64,000 nt of DNA from Thermodesulfobacteriota bacterium (GTDB lineage Bacteria > Desulfobacterota_D > UBA1144 > Nemesobacterales > Mycalebacteriaceae), in NCBI GenBank assembly GCA_965205855.1, contig OZ242184.1, positions 480,001-544,000 on the forward strand, read 5' to 3'. The notes beneath the pieces are model-generated. The model was not told the origin of the DNA and ran no database searches. It saw only the letters and a list, made by a program, of their open reading frames with translations. This document shows, in pieces, positions 44,801 through 45,923 of this stretch (its first letter is position 1; each line of letters starts with the position of its first letter). A program made the translations under genes and the position numbers.

Positions 44801-45857
44801 AGGAGGAGGCGAGACGCGTCTGGACAACAATTACAATACATCCGGTGACGACAATCGCTATGACGGTCGTGTGTGGTCTTACAACACAGGTTTGGATTAC
44901 CGTCCCTCGGAGTCTTTGACCTTGGGTGCGGCAGTGGGTTATTTGGACAGTGAACTGACAACCACCTACAACGAAGGCACCTATGAGGAGAAGATGGTAT
45001 CGGTGTCACCGTACCTGCTGTATGAGAGTCCGTGGGGTCTGGATATATCCCTGTTCGGGGGCTACGGAATAGGAGATGTTGACCTGACGGGGACGTTTGG
45101 GCAGGCGAGCACGCCGTTTGTGGCATTTACCGACAGTAATCTGTTATTTGGCGCGGTGCGTGTGTCGGGTGCGATGAAGTTTTTGGATAACAGTTTGGAA
45201 GTGGTACCGAATGTGAGTCTGCTCGGCAGTCGCAAGAGGCTGGAGGGATATACGGACAGCAGCAACCGTGAGATTGGCGAGACCACGGCGTCAGTGCTTC
45301 GCCTGACTCCGGGTTTTGAGGTGAGTTACCGTGTGAAGTTTTCAGGAGTAACGTTGAGGCCGTTTGCGAGCGGAGGTTTGATATTTGATTTATTGGATAC
45401 GGTGAATGATGACGATATGACGTACAGTGTTGGCGGTGGAATGCGTTTTGAAACCGAGGTGGGTTTGAGCGGTTCTGTGGAGGGTCAGCGTGAGCTGGGT
45501 CGTGAAGCGGTAGAGCAACGGCGCTTTGTGGGCGCGTTGTCTTACGGTATTGCTGTGGGCAGGAATGGGAGAGCGGGGACTGTGACGCCGTCTGTAGGTA
45601 TTAATCACGCATCCGGGGATGATGTGTCCGCAGAGGGATTGTCACAGGCATACGTGCTGGAATACACCACGAGAGGTGGAGGCCACAGTATTAGTTTTGA
45701 GCATGACAGGTCGGAAGAGGAGGGAGCGCGTTCCGGTCTGGGTTATCGTTACGGAGCAGAGATTATGCCGGGATTGAACTTGGAGGCAACAGTGTCGTCC
45801 CCGAATGTTGAAAAACGTGAGGTTAAGGGATTTGTTGGCATGAAACTCCGGTTTTAA
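8715..45857 (+). CDS. Giant (12,380 aa) Ig/cadherin-repeat autotransporter-like adhesin, gene 2
   Basis: Uninterrupted 37.1-kb ORF. Signal peptide MLVKGRH...FCLLVLFSLGLSATAAHA, roughly 120 Ig-like modules (estimated from length) and the same terminal barrel cassette as gene 1. The start could instead be the second Met at 8748. Confidence 0.9.
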   Translation: MLVKGRHISDFMLTRLRVMVSFCLLVLFSLGLSATAAHALHQSTNPRILGGNNPVEGQALSASISNALTGHSVGSNLEVYRWERSSPGSSSGFISIPGFRAGNNNYAPTQSDVGRFLRARVTFTDSLTGGVTSRIVGPTSRVVANANDDPRGLAIAGVPVLGQELTANTSRLADEDGLPNPSEFTYQWNTRVGTTDTPIPNATSRTYTLTQSELGKRITLTLRYTDSFNTQESTTSAATAEVRLNDPPSGLTIAGALTVGEELTADTSTLADEDGLPAESEFSYQWRADGVDIANATDRSYVLTPANIGSQITVTLSYTDNLSKQESLTSPARGPVQSDNNAPTITGTPPVAQVGASYSFMPVGEDADGDTLIYTLSGAPGWLSINPTTGALTGTPGNADVGTTTGIVIDVTDGIIAAPVELAFALTVNGPPTGEVIILDSGRPIVGQVLTADASGLGDANGLSDRSAFSYQWFADSAPIRGANLRTYTPDEVGEVIFVIVSYTDDDGVDEDVSSASIRVFNQLPTADAGPNQSLSKGTEVTLDGSGSSDPEGASLTYLWSQVDGTTVTLSSTTAARPTFTIPNLIPTDDPDSLTFSLVVSDVHDASSTNEETVRIFIRPLFREAIADQTYNLGNEIDDLMLPAALTQEGTSGDVYALSSVPAGLSFDPATRILSGTPTVLGMFGLTYTVTTADGGTDTLEFSITITAVNNPPTGVVTIDGILTEDEVLTANTSTLADEDGLPAESTFTYQWLADGVEIPGATLRTYILTSDEAGKTISLVVRYTDLRSSEEEVTSAPRGPMNTPPIISGIPATTVAEDSEYNFTPEGMDADGDTLVYAITVTPDWADFNPVTGALTGTPTNDDVGTTTTGIVISVTDGIIAAPVELPAFNLTVTNTNDAPTGTVIIRGNLVMGEELTADTSALGDENGLPAESTFTYQWNTRDGATDTPILGATLRTYTLTPNEVDRVITVLVRYTDDDGTAERVTSAPRGQVVGSNEAPTIGGTPATTAAEDSEYRFTPEGMDADGDTLTYTIDNRPAWALFNSATGALTGTPTNDDVGTTTTGIVISVTDGIIAAPVKLPEFDLRVTNTNDAPTGTVTITGSLTMGGELTADTSTLADEDGLPAESTFRYRWRANGISIPGATATMRTYRLTAAEVGAEISVRVSYFDLFFTAERITSEPRGPVVGTNEAPTIGGTPATTAAEDSEYRFTPVGGDADGHTLIYTIDNRPDWADFNPATGALTGTPTNDDVGTTTGIVISVTDGIIAAPVSLPAFFITVINTNDPPTGEVTIAGNPILGEELTADTSALADDDGLPNPATFTYQWFTRDGTTDTPILGAMMRTYTLTPDEVDKQIGVRLSYIDDRGTRESLDAVTGGSVSEINLPPTGAVTIRGTLTTGEELTADTSALGDENGLPAESTFTYQWLADDTEISGATGRTYRLTPNELNRVITVLVRYTDDDRAAERVTSAPRGPVVGSNQAPTIGGTPVTMVAEDSEYRFTPEGMDADGNTLTYTIDNRPAWADFDFDPDTGELTGTPGNADVGTTTGIVIGVTDGIIAAPVELPAFDITVTNTNDAPTGGVTITGSLTMGGELTADTSTLADADGLPAEFTFTYQWNTRDGATDTPISGATLRTYTPTQDEVDQILSVLVRYTDDDGATESVTSAPRGPVVNANDAPTIDGTPVTTVAEDSEYSFTPVGMDVDGNFLTYAISGAPGWLSIDPATGELTGTPTNDDVGTTTGIVISVTDGIIAAPVELPAFDLTVTNTNDAPTGAVTISGILTMGEELTADTSTLADDDGLPEPSTFTYQWLADGVEIPGATLRTYTLPPDEVGQTISLVVRYTDAGGEAESVTSTPPRRVNTPPTIGGTPATTVAEDSEYSFTPVGMDVDDDDTLTYTISGAPGWLSIDSDTGALTGTPTNDDVGTTTGIVVGVTDGIAAPVELPAFDLSVTNTNDPPTGGVTISGILTAGELLTADTSALADDDGLPDESTFTYQWLANGEEITEDATGRTYSLTRSQHGQTVSLVVRYTDLRGSEEEVTSAPQGPVNTPPTANAGANQTVSKGTEVTLNGTGSIDIDLTSLTYLWSQTAGATVALSSTTVARPTFTIPNLIPTDGPDSLTFSLVVSDGLASNEDTVRIFIRPLFREVIANQTYRLGNEIDDLMLPTALTQAGTSGDVYALSPVPAGLSFDPATRILSGTPTVPGMFGLTYTLTTANGRTDRLEFSITVPALNTPPTGAVTIDGILTEDEVLTANTSALADADGLPDPSTFTYVWQRQRAGDFIRTIPGARSNTYVLTQADVGAGIRVIVRYTDLRDSEEQVTSAPRGLVANVNDPPTGAVTVSGILTTGEQLTADTSALADADGLPDRGTFIYRWIARSGNADRTLLGGPFDTYTLTADEVDTQIRVTVSYFDFFDTAESLTSEPRGPVKSDNSPPTIGGTPATTVAEDSAYNFTPEGGDADAGDTLVYAITVTPDWADFDPATGALTGTPTNDDVGTTTGIVISVTDGTIATPLELPAFDLTVTNVNDVPTGGVTIIGDLTMGEVLTADTSTLDDGDGLPDESAFRYTWQADFTTILNATARTYTLTPDEVGKRILVIVRYTDGQGGAENLFSELRGPVVGSNSPPTISGTPDLMVAEDSPYNFTPGGGDADVGDTLTYTIDNRPAWADFNPATGALTGTPGNDDVGTTTRIVISVTDGIIAMPVELPAFDLSVTNTNDPATGTVTIGGIPVMGEELTADTSALADDDGLPEPSTFTYQWLANGLEIPGATGPTYTLTPAEVGQTISVVVEFTDDRNTVERVTSAPLGPVVNANSPPTIGGTPATTVAEDSEYRFTPEGGDADGNVLTYALSGAPGWLSFNPATGALTGTPTNDDVGTTTGIVISVTDGIIATPVALPAFDLSVTNTNDPVTGAVTINGILTEDEVLTANTSTLADDDGLPDESTFTYQWNTRDGATDTPISGATGRTYTLTQSEVGKPVTLTVSFTDDRNAPESRTSDATQVVTNINDAPTGRLRIDGLLAQNEVLTANTAALADEDGLPDESTFTYQWFANDGTASEQISGANMRTYTLTRSEAGKNIVVEISYQDLQGGNETVRSGDSFGPVARVNILPMVSSVPPFSRDPDSPTIFRVSQGEFFLITYTFTDPDGDLFVPSVFFDTSRWLVPRDLPGHDSANGNPNGNPTLTLSGTPGSADVGTRLEVENRLDHFENGRQRIFLPSFFVDVIDNNAPTISGSPAPTAARDSEYRFAPGGGDADGDTLTYSITVTPDWASFDPATGTLTGTPTGDDVGTTTTGIVISVTDGIIATPVELPAFDLTVTNVNDPATGEVTIRGVLTMGEELTAEASDFADDDGLPELSTFTYQWLANGVEIPGATGRTYTLTPAEVGQTISVVVRYTDLRRNDEEVTSAPRGPVADANSAPTIGGTPDTEAVEDSAYNFTPEGEDADGDTLTYMIENLPAWASFEPATGALTGTPGNDDVGMTTGIVISVTDGIIATPVELPAFDLTVTNTNDPATGRPGIEVGTSVRTPFGGGERFIRFTALPELIVDEDGLPEEIYEEDFVTQPVRPFTYQWNRHEAGVDTAIPGETSKFYDQPVADFGDRVTLTVVSFTDLRGGNEGPLTSAPASAMGVDLSATGEVTIDGDLIEDQTLTANTETLGDPNGLPDPSTFTYVWRRQPAGQFSRAIPGATSNTYVLTQADVGARIRVIVHYTDLEGFAGNAPPGDSEEDVEIGVASIFRGPVANFSHASTGGVSITNADGEPLTGARGEPPPAGVPPPAEDQMLTADASAIEDADGLPDESTFTYQWNTRDGATDTPIPGATGRTYTLTQSEVGKPLTLRVSFIDGDGTEENQTSAATAAVTNVNDLPTGAVTIDGILTDGAELTANISALEDEDGLPAESEFTYEWRANFTPITNATGRTYTLTQAEVGKSITLTVRYTDLQGVDESLTSLLTEETVRNTDDPTTGDLGITGDSVQGQTLTVDTFAIMDEDGLGTFTYAWLRGGITLVSTESTYTLVQADVGTSMFLQVNHTDAHGTSQNLGFVSTVPIANINDPPTGELRISGGLVVGQTLSADTSTLVDIDGLPDESDFIYQWRANGVDITDATESEYLLTAANIDAQISLNLRYTDNFEANESITSPARGPVRGAGDNIPPDSSGLAVTTDEDTPHTFAVADFSFTDTDGDSLQAVRIDSLPATGSLTLNGVAVSAMQEIATSAIANLVYTPALNANGDVTFTYSVSDGTAFSTPPANAAITVAAVEDVPTTSGLAVTTDEDTPHTFGVADFNFSDGDASDSLQAVRIDSLPAPASLGALTLNGAAVSAGQEIAAGAIANLVYTPALNASGSLSFTFSVSDGTVFSTPPATASVTVTPVNDPPTITGNPRIRVTEDLTYNFTPVGADVDGDPLVYAITNLPSWASFDTATGALTGTPANADIGNYPDIIISVTDGIITTPLDTFAIEVIPHGTNNPPTTAGLRVTTAEDTPYTFREADFPFSDLDAGDRLQAVIIRLLPDSASGSLTLGGEAVSSAQLIEVGEIGTLVFTPAANVTGFVSFAYGVYDGEDSSATSGINIFITPVNDPPTTSDLVVTTAEDTPYTFAVADFPFTDVDSLNSLDSLQAVRIDSLPASADGSLALGTGTGATPVNMAQVIAVADIPTLVYTPVTNVNGPATFTFSVSDGTAFSAPPATATVTLTAVNDPPTISGLPDTTLVQGAAYSFTPRGSDVDGDPLEYAITNTPSWATFSTTTGALTGTPQSTDVGTTMGIIISVTDGNITTPVALGAFAIEVTATAGTNMPPIANAGANQRVSKGTEVTLNGTGSDDPDGDNANLIYLWERTAGPTEVTLSSTAAAQPTFTIPTLIPTSGPDSYTFSLVVSDGQASSAAATVQIFIRPLFRASIANQTYSEGNAITPITLPEAREGPDSLPSTNTYTLTPTPLPAGLAFNATSRILSGTPTSVGTFDLTYTATNQVNDTDSLSFSIEVTTPPNNPPTTSALAATTAEDTPYTFASANFPFDDPDAGDSLQAVRIDSLPASDRGSLALGTGTSATAVSPGQVIEVGEIGTLVFTPAANFTGFVPFEYSVSDGEDFSSRSLVIFTVTAVNDPPTTSAFTVTTNEDTPYTFGLADFSFADVEGDSLQAVRIATLPDSANGSLALNGTAVTVAQVIPVADIPTLVYTPVTNVNGDATFTFSLSDGTDFSTPPATTTVSVTAVNDAPTISGLPDKTGVQGEDYSFTPGGGDVDGDPLVYDITNMPGWATFSTTTGALTGTPQSTDVGTTTDIIISVTDNIIATPIALGAFNIEVTATAGTNMPPTADAGSNQRLSKGAEVTLNGTGSDDPDGDNANLIYLWERTAGPTEVTLSSTAAPQPTFTIPTLIPTSGPDSYTFSLVVSDGQASSAAATVRIFIRPLFLDTIANQTFSTGNAITPITLPEAREGPDLLPSINTYTLAPLPAGLAFDSASRTLSGTPTSVGTFNLTYTATNGDGDTDSLSFAIEVTPNNPPTTSGFRVTTAEDTPYTFAFAATDFPFDDLDAGDSLQRVRIDTLPASASGSLALGGTPVRMNQEILVAGIPNLVFTPVANFNGDATFTFSLSDGDDFSATATATVSVVNNPPTTSGLAITTDEDIPHTFAAAEFNFADVDTNDMLEQVRIDTLPGTGSLTLNGTEIIAMQEIDVADINNGNLIYTPAANLRGMDSFTFSVSDGTDFSTPAAMATVTIGAVNDAPTGLPIISGTATEGQTLTADTSGIEDDDGPDTLPFTYQWNRNDGTTDTAISDATSATYTLTQGDVGEVITVTVSYQDGGGNDESLTSAPTEAVAAAITPNTPPTSSGLDVTLDEDGSHTFAVAQFNFADTDSGDSLEAVRIDSLPANGGLALNGTAVIVAQEIPVAGIPNLVYTPAANVHGMDSFTFSVSDGTDFSTPPSTATITINSVNDEPSGTVTISGTPRVGQTLMADTTGITDADGPDMLSFTYQWLAGSNLISNSDSPTYILTGDELGEMISVDVSYMDADGIEGGLVSDPVGPVIAASTNNPPTTSGLTATTAEDIPYTFAAGNFNFNDTDSGDSLDAVRIDSLPANTDGSLALNGTAVIVTQEISVAGIPNLVYTPVTNVNGAATFTFSVSDGTDFSTPPATATLTVTPVDDDPIGLPTISGTPRVGETLTANTSGISDADGLTNVTFTYQWLADGGPLSGATLPTLALTSANLGADIEVRVSFTDDAGNNEVLTSDPVSIEAAAAPFPSAVIAPIAPALLLTENGVEGVDGGVTITLDGSGSSTTPPGGTLTYAWTELSGTDTALTGAVTAMLSFTTPARAVEVANLVFQLTVTDTASNSEGFTTIGVTVLPTMVEPVVAVAGPDQTVSAGATVTLDGRASTGGTLSYSWVQTAAPGAGIQLDDFESATPVFTAPDVTTTRDLEFRLQVMGSGISSNFDEVIITVVGAPNISSGVNSLSAPVGVAIEPITITSTSGGTVASYSIAPSIDNGLFFDESTGTISGTPFASAAEVVYTITGENVSGTDTVEVAITATDGNLPPVANAGTDRTVRPTLNFVVELDGSASSDPEGGALIYVWTQNGEPEVGLTGRDTATPGFTLTQSLLDQLSGEPTLSFSLTVTDAMNQASAPDSVDIRFDMTPPVISLVGDFSVSIGEGGTYTEAGAAATDAVDGDISGDIRTAIVYDNNTVDTSDDDLVNAVDTARVGIYTITYRVADTAGNAATPLIRTVEVEDRTAPAITLLGEAEITIAADTAYTDAGATAMDNADGDISSDIRTAIVYDNNTADTGDDETVTAVDTARVGVYTITYNVEDAAGNVATAASRRVTVEDRTAPVIDRNGPYRVSIGQGETYTDAGATATDNIDGDISGQITVSITDSSGTTITAVDTGRVGVYNITYNVTDTAGNAAAPRRRRVTVTADVTPPVITLVGASVVSIDQGGTYTDAGATATDAVDGDISGQITVSIVYNNNTGDDETDDETVNAVNTSRVGVYTITYRVTDDAGNDATAVERTVEVEDVTPPVLSRLGAFSVSIEQGATYADAGAAATDNVDGDIGDRVRPSFVYNNNTPDPGDDIRVNAVDTSRVGVYTITYNVTDAAGNAATPVERRVTVEEGTAPVITLLGDSTVSIDQFATYTDAGATATDAAEGNITNRIRTTIVYNNTAGTGDDETVNAVDTLRVGVYTITYNVADAAGNDATAVSRTVTVADRTAPVINLGDPARVSIAVGADYIEQATASDDTDGDITSAITATIVYNNNTADTGDDETVNMVDTSRLGIYTITYRVADVAGNDTAVERRVTVEDQTAPAITLVGDSAVSIGQGGTYTDAGATATDNIDGNITNRVSMRITDSSGTVIAAVNTRTTGVYTITYRAIDAAGNQAEITRTVTVSPDGTVPVISLLGDAEITIAADTIYADAGATATDAVDGDISGLITASIVYNNNTANIGDDETVTAVDTSRVGTYTITYNVSDAAGNAATAVSRRVTVEDRTAPVISRNGPYRVSIGQGETYTDAGATATDNIDGNGTITAVITTTIVYNNNTSGTGDDRTVTAVDTGSVGVYNITYNVTDAAGNAAAPRRRRVTVVADGTAPVISLLGLATVSIVQGADYADAGARATDDIDGDITALITATITDSSGAVIAAVDTGTPGVYTITYRVSDVAGNEATAVIRTLNVTLDETAPTLSVIGSDRTVRLGGDYTDAGAIAFDNGVNVRDQIETTITDSIGTVIAAVDTGTPGVYTITYRVRDVAGNEAEVFRMVTVSGGPIITDSRGQTPTPTEGQRLEAATGTITDARGSFSYQWTANRVAISGADRARYTPTQAEVGKMIRVIVSYTDTQSANRRLTSIPVGPVVNVNDAPTGVPIIAGIPTQGRTLTADTSGIEDEDGLNRAVFTYQWNTRVRGTDTAIDGATASTYTLSQSEVGERITLSVGYTDDENMDEGPLTSVSVGPVSNANVRPTGEVTIDGTPTEGETLTANTDAIEDEDGLSRAVFTYQWNTRVGGTDTAIDGATASTYTLSQSEVGERITLSVGYTDDENMDEGPLTSVSVGPVSNVNDAPTTSGLAVTTDEDIAYTFGLADFSFTDVDTGDSLEQVRIDTLPDAGSGNLTLNNTAVTAMQEIAVGDITNLVYTPAANVNGAATFTFSVSDGTAFSAFATATVTVTAVNDRPTGSVTITGTATEGTTLTANTDGISDADGPDTLTFSYQWLSGFSPIAGANGSTYILTPADVGQFISVAVRYTDANNMTHSVSSAPFGPVIVAGTVTVSIAPPGAAVDEGDPATFTVTLSGSPTDEVVVNYATSPDTAVAADFTDTSGTLTFAANASGAALSQDISVPTTDDSETEGDETFTLTLSANTASPLPAGVTLDTTTAQATIAANDAPVNSPPTTSDLTVTTNEDTDYTFAASDFPFTDTDMDDSLEEVRIDSLPASTSGSLALNGTAVAVDQVIAVADIPTLVYTPVTNVNGDATFTFSVSDGTAFSATPATATVSVTAVNDAPTITGTPATMVMQGVAYSFMPDGADVDTGDTLVYAITNMPSWANFDAATGALTGTPQSTDVGTTTGIIISVTDNNIAAPVELPAFDIEVTATPNSPPTTSDLMVMTDEDTDYTFAASDFPFTDTDMDDSLEEVRIDSLPDSGSLTLGGTEVNEGQAIAVADIPTLVYTPVTNVNGDATFTFSVSDGTAFSATPATATVTVTAVNDASTGSVTITGTPQVGETLTAETGGISDADGLTNVTFAYQWLEDGGNLTGEASPTLALTSAHLGTDIEVRVSFTDNAGNNETLTSSSVNIGAAGTVNSPATGELRIFGTPRVGETLRAFPLRIADTDGLGDFSYQWLANGVDLTGENSRTLDLTSAHQGAAIAVRVSFTDDAGNDESLTSDSVTIEAAPPTAVIAPIDPALLLTENGVEGVDGGIAITLDGSGSATNPPGGTLTYAWTELTRTGIALTGAATAMLSFTTPARAELAERLVFRLTVTDTASNSTGTRVIGVTVLPAMVEPLVAVAGPDQTVATGAMVTLDGSASTGPGTLSYNWAQSIIPGAAPIQLDNFGSAMPVFTAPNVTTTRNLEFRLQVMASGLSSNFDEVTITVVGVPNISASVNSLIAPIGVAIEPITITSTDGGTVASYSIAPAIGNGLSFDESTGTISGTPDAAAAEVVYTITAENVSGTDTVEVAITAPDGNLPPVANAGTDRTVRPALNSVVELDGSASFDPEGGALIYAWTQNGTPDVGLTEENTATPRFTLTQALLDQLAGEPTLNFSLTVTDAANEASVSDSVDIRFDMTPPVISLNGDSSVSIVEGGTYTDAGATAMDAVDGNITARITTTVAYNDDTITMPSADGNDPNSVPDVDTNTPGIYTIIYRVADAAGNTATPLIRAVRVLDGSAPVITLLGEAEITIAADTAYTDARATATDAVDGDVSGEITAAIVYDNNTADTGDDETVTAVDTARVGVYTITYNVEDAAGNAATAVSRRVTVEDRTAPVIDRNGPFRVSIGQGETYTDAGATATDAVDGDITTRITTTIVYNNNSSGTGDDITVTAVDTGRLGVYNITYNVTDTAGNAAAPRRRRVTVTPDRTAPVISLVGASMVSIEQGGTYTEAGATATDAVDGDVSGDITVSIVYNNNTSDDETDDETVNAVNTSRVGVYTITYRVTDDAGNDATAVERTVAVEDVTPPVINRLGAFRVSIEQGATYADAGTAATDNVDGDIGDRVSLSFVYNNNTPDPADNIAVAAVDTSRVGVYTITYNVTDVAGNAAVPRSREVTVEEGTAPVITLVGDSAVSIDQFATYTDAGATAMDATDGNITNRITATIVYNNNTAGTGDDETVNAVDTLRVGVYTITYRVADAAGNVATPVSRTVEVEDVTAPTISLNGDFSVSIAAGANYIDEGATASDHTDGDITSAIMATVVYNNNTDDETDDETVTAVDTGRVGIYTITYRVEDAAGNAATPVSRTVEVEDRTAPVISRNGPYRVSIEQGETYTDAGATATDNIDGNITDQITTTIVYNNNTANTGDDETVTAVDTSRVGVYTITYNLTDAAGNDAARVRRRQVTVTPDRTAPVISLLGDAEITIAADTTYTDAGATATDVVDGDVSGLITATIVYNNNTANIGDDETVTAVDTGRVGTYAITYNVSDAAGNDATPVSRRVTVEDQTAPVITRNGSFAVSIVAGANYIESATATDNIDGDITARITTTIVYNNNTANTGDDETVNAVNTGRVGVYNITYNVTDVAGNAATPVERRVTVADQTDPVISLNGLATVSIEQGAVYADAGARATDNIDGDITARITATITDSSGNAIAAVDTGTPGVYTITYRVADVAGNEAEVSRIVTVSGVPIITDSQGQTPTPTEGQRLAVATDTIIDAQGSFSYQWTADGVAISGANRARYTPTQAEVGKMIRVIVSYTDTQSANRRLTSIPVGPVVNVNDAPTGVPIIAGIPTQGRTLTADTSGIEDEDGLNRAVFTYQWNTRVGGTDTAIDGATASTYTLSQSEVGERITLSVGYTDDENMDEGPLTSVSVGPVSNANVRPTGEVTIDGTPTEGETLTANTDAIEDEDGLSRAVFTYQWNTRVGGTDTAIDGATASTYTLSQSEVGERITLSVGYTDDENMDEGPLTSVSVGPVSNVNDAPTTSGLAVTTDEDIAYTFGLADFSFTDVDTGDSLEQVRIDTLPDAGIGSLSLSGTAVTAMQEIAVGDITNLVYTPVANVNGAATFTFSVSDGTAFSASATATVTVTAVNDPPTGSVIITGTATEGQTLTANTDGISDADGPDTLTFSYQWLSGFSPIAGANGSTYILTPADVGQFISVSVRYTDANNMTHSVSSAPFGPVADNTPPIADAGDDQIVEKGATVTLDGSGSSDPEGANLTYAWEQTSGTPTVTLNDTSAQSPTFTVPDTITAGTAGTLNFTLTVTEASAGRLSSTDRVQVRIRPLFRDTVSDQTYIQNVAITDLQLPDALGQGETFTLVRAGSSTALPTGLTFNAETRTLSGTPEIIGTFDLTYTVTDRFGGTDTLEFSITITPNTPPIADAGDDQIVEKGTTVTLDGSGSSDPEGASLTYSWRQTGGPNATLNDVNAQSPTFTLPDRIRPGATTGVLIFTLTVTEVGAGGLSSTDSVRVLIRPLLQDTVSDQTYIRDVAITDLQLPDALGQGNTFTLVRDGSAPALPTGLTFNARTRTLSGTPTIIGTFNLIYTVRDRFGGTDTLEFSITIIPNTPPIADAGDDQVVEKGTIVTLDGSGSNDPDGSSLNYAWEQTSGTPTVTLNNTSAQSPTFTVSDTIATDDGILVFSLTVTEADTGLSSTADSVEIRIRPLLRDTVSNQTYIQNVAITDLQLPDALGQGETFTLVRAGSSTALPTGLTFNAETRTLSGTPEISGIFDLIYTVTDRFGGTDTLEFSITIIPNTPPIADAGDDQIVEKGTTVTLDGSGSSDPEGASLTYAWEQTSGTPTVTLNNTSAQSPTFTVSDTIATDDGILVFSLTVTEADTGLSSTADSVEIRIRPLLRDTVSNQTYIQNVAITDLQLPDALGQGETFTLVRAGSSTALPTGLTFNAETRTLSGTPEISGIFDLIYTVTDRFGGTDTLEFSITITPNTPPTSSGLAVTTDEDAEYTFAVVDFPFTDADGNSLQAVRIDSLPASGSLTLGGTAVNEGQEIAVANIPTLVYTPVANANGDVTFDFSVSDGADFSESSTAVLTIEASNDTATGLPTITGTANEGEVLTADVSGIEDIDGLPELSMFTYQWNTRVGSTDTPINNATTETYTPTEDEVGEFITVTVIFTDGGGTRESLTSESTMEVTDIVRVLTTDEALRLNAEPPTTDTTGSIIMLSTSEEVILDNANGEDFTVTSTLNGETIPHEVTDIRAGSIVLEVTPAIGFGSLIVVSYSPVQGSITGVNTGNPVVPFSISVNNAVRPLNEDLDREGRKTLLTHLAGVQSDLVISTVQNHLRALDGGNRVSVPRHAGVETEGEGKYVEYENVREMLSHLEFDLSLNSLMGSNEEWRKTGISSAGLESSTDLSSPRTLTLWGGGGETRLDNNYNTSGDDNRYDGRVWSYNTGLDYRPSESLTLGAAVGYLDSELTTTYNEGTYEEKMVSVSPYLLYESPWGLDISLFGGYGIGDVDLTGTFGQASTPFVAFTDSNLLFGAVRVSGAMKFLDNSLEVVPNVSLLGSRKRLEGYTDSSNREIGETTASVLRLTPGFEVSYRVKFSGVTLRPFASGGLIFDLLDTVNDDDMTYSVGGGMRFETEVGLSGSVEGQRELGREAVEQRRFVGALSYGIAVGRNGRAGTVTPSVGINHASGDDVSAEGLSQAYVLEYTTRGGGHSISFEHDRSEEEGARSGLGYRYGAEIMPGLNLEATVSSPNVEKREVKGFVGMKLRF
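10845..21180 (+). repeat. Alternating array of ~95-100-aa 'LTADTS.L.D.DGLP...FTYQW..YTLT' Ig-like modules and He_PIG-like modules
   Basis: Recurrent motifs ELTADTSALADDDGLP, FTYQW, VRYTD and AEDSEY.FTP..NPATGALTGTP. Confidence 0.85.
28636..32005 (+). repeat. 12 tandem DUF5011/HYR-like Ig repeats (block 1)
   Basis: 12 counted units of D.T.PVI.L.G...V.I..G.TYTDAGATA.D..DG.I....VDT...G.YTITY.V.D.AGN. Confidence 0.8.
36564..39730 (+). repeat. 11 tandem DUF5011/HYR-like Ig repeats (block 2)
   Basis: Same motif as block 1, 11 counted units. Confidence 0.8.
41222..43495 (+). repeat. Four tandem PKD-like + short He_PIG-like di-domain units (~570 bp); the last two are nearly identical (period 567 bp)
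   Basis: NTPPIADAGDDQ occurs four times. 42470-42920 matches 43037-43487, and the track shows identical antisense ORFs at 42470 and 43037. Confidence 0.9.
44148..44453 (+). other. SwmB/SWM_repeat-like domain next to the translocator (second copy 57279-57584)
   Basis: Pattern I.L...E.V......DFTV...NG....V..I....I.LEV..AI..G..I.VSY.P..G.I....GNPV..F...VNN resembles the SwmB repeat consensus as I recall it. Not HMM-verified. Confidence 0.55.
44469..45857 (+). repeat. Constant translocator cassette, copy 2 (1,389 bp)
   Basis: Same start motif and length as copy 1, with scattered substitutions (e.g. PFVAFTD vs PFAASAD). Confidence 0.95.
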
Positions 45858-45923
45858 AAACAAATTAAATTTATAGTTGCAAAATGTTCGGAAGAAGAAT
45901 AAAATAACTTCTCAATAATAAAT

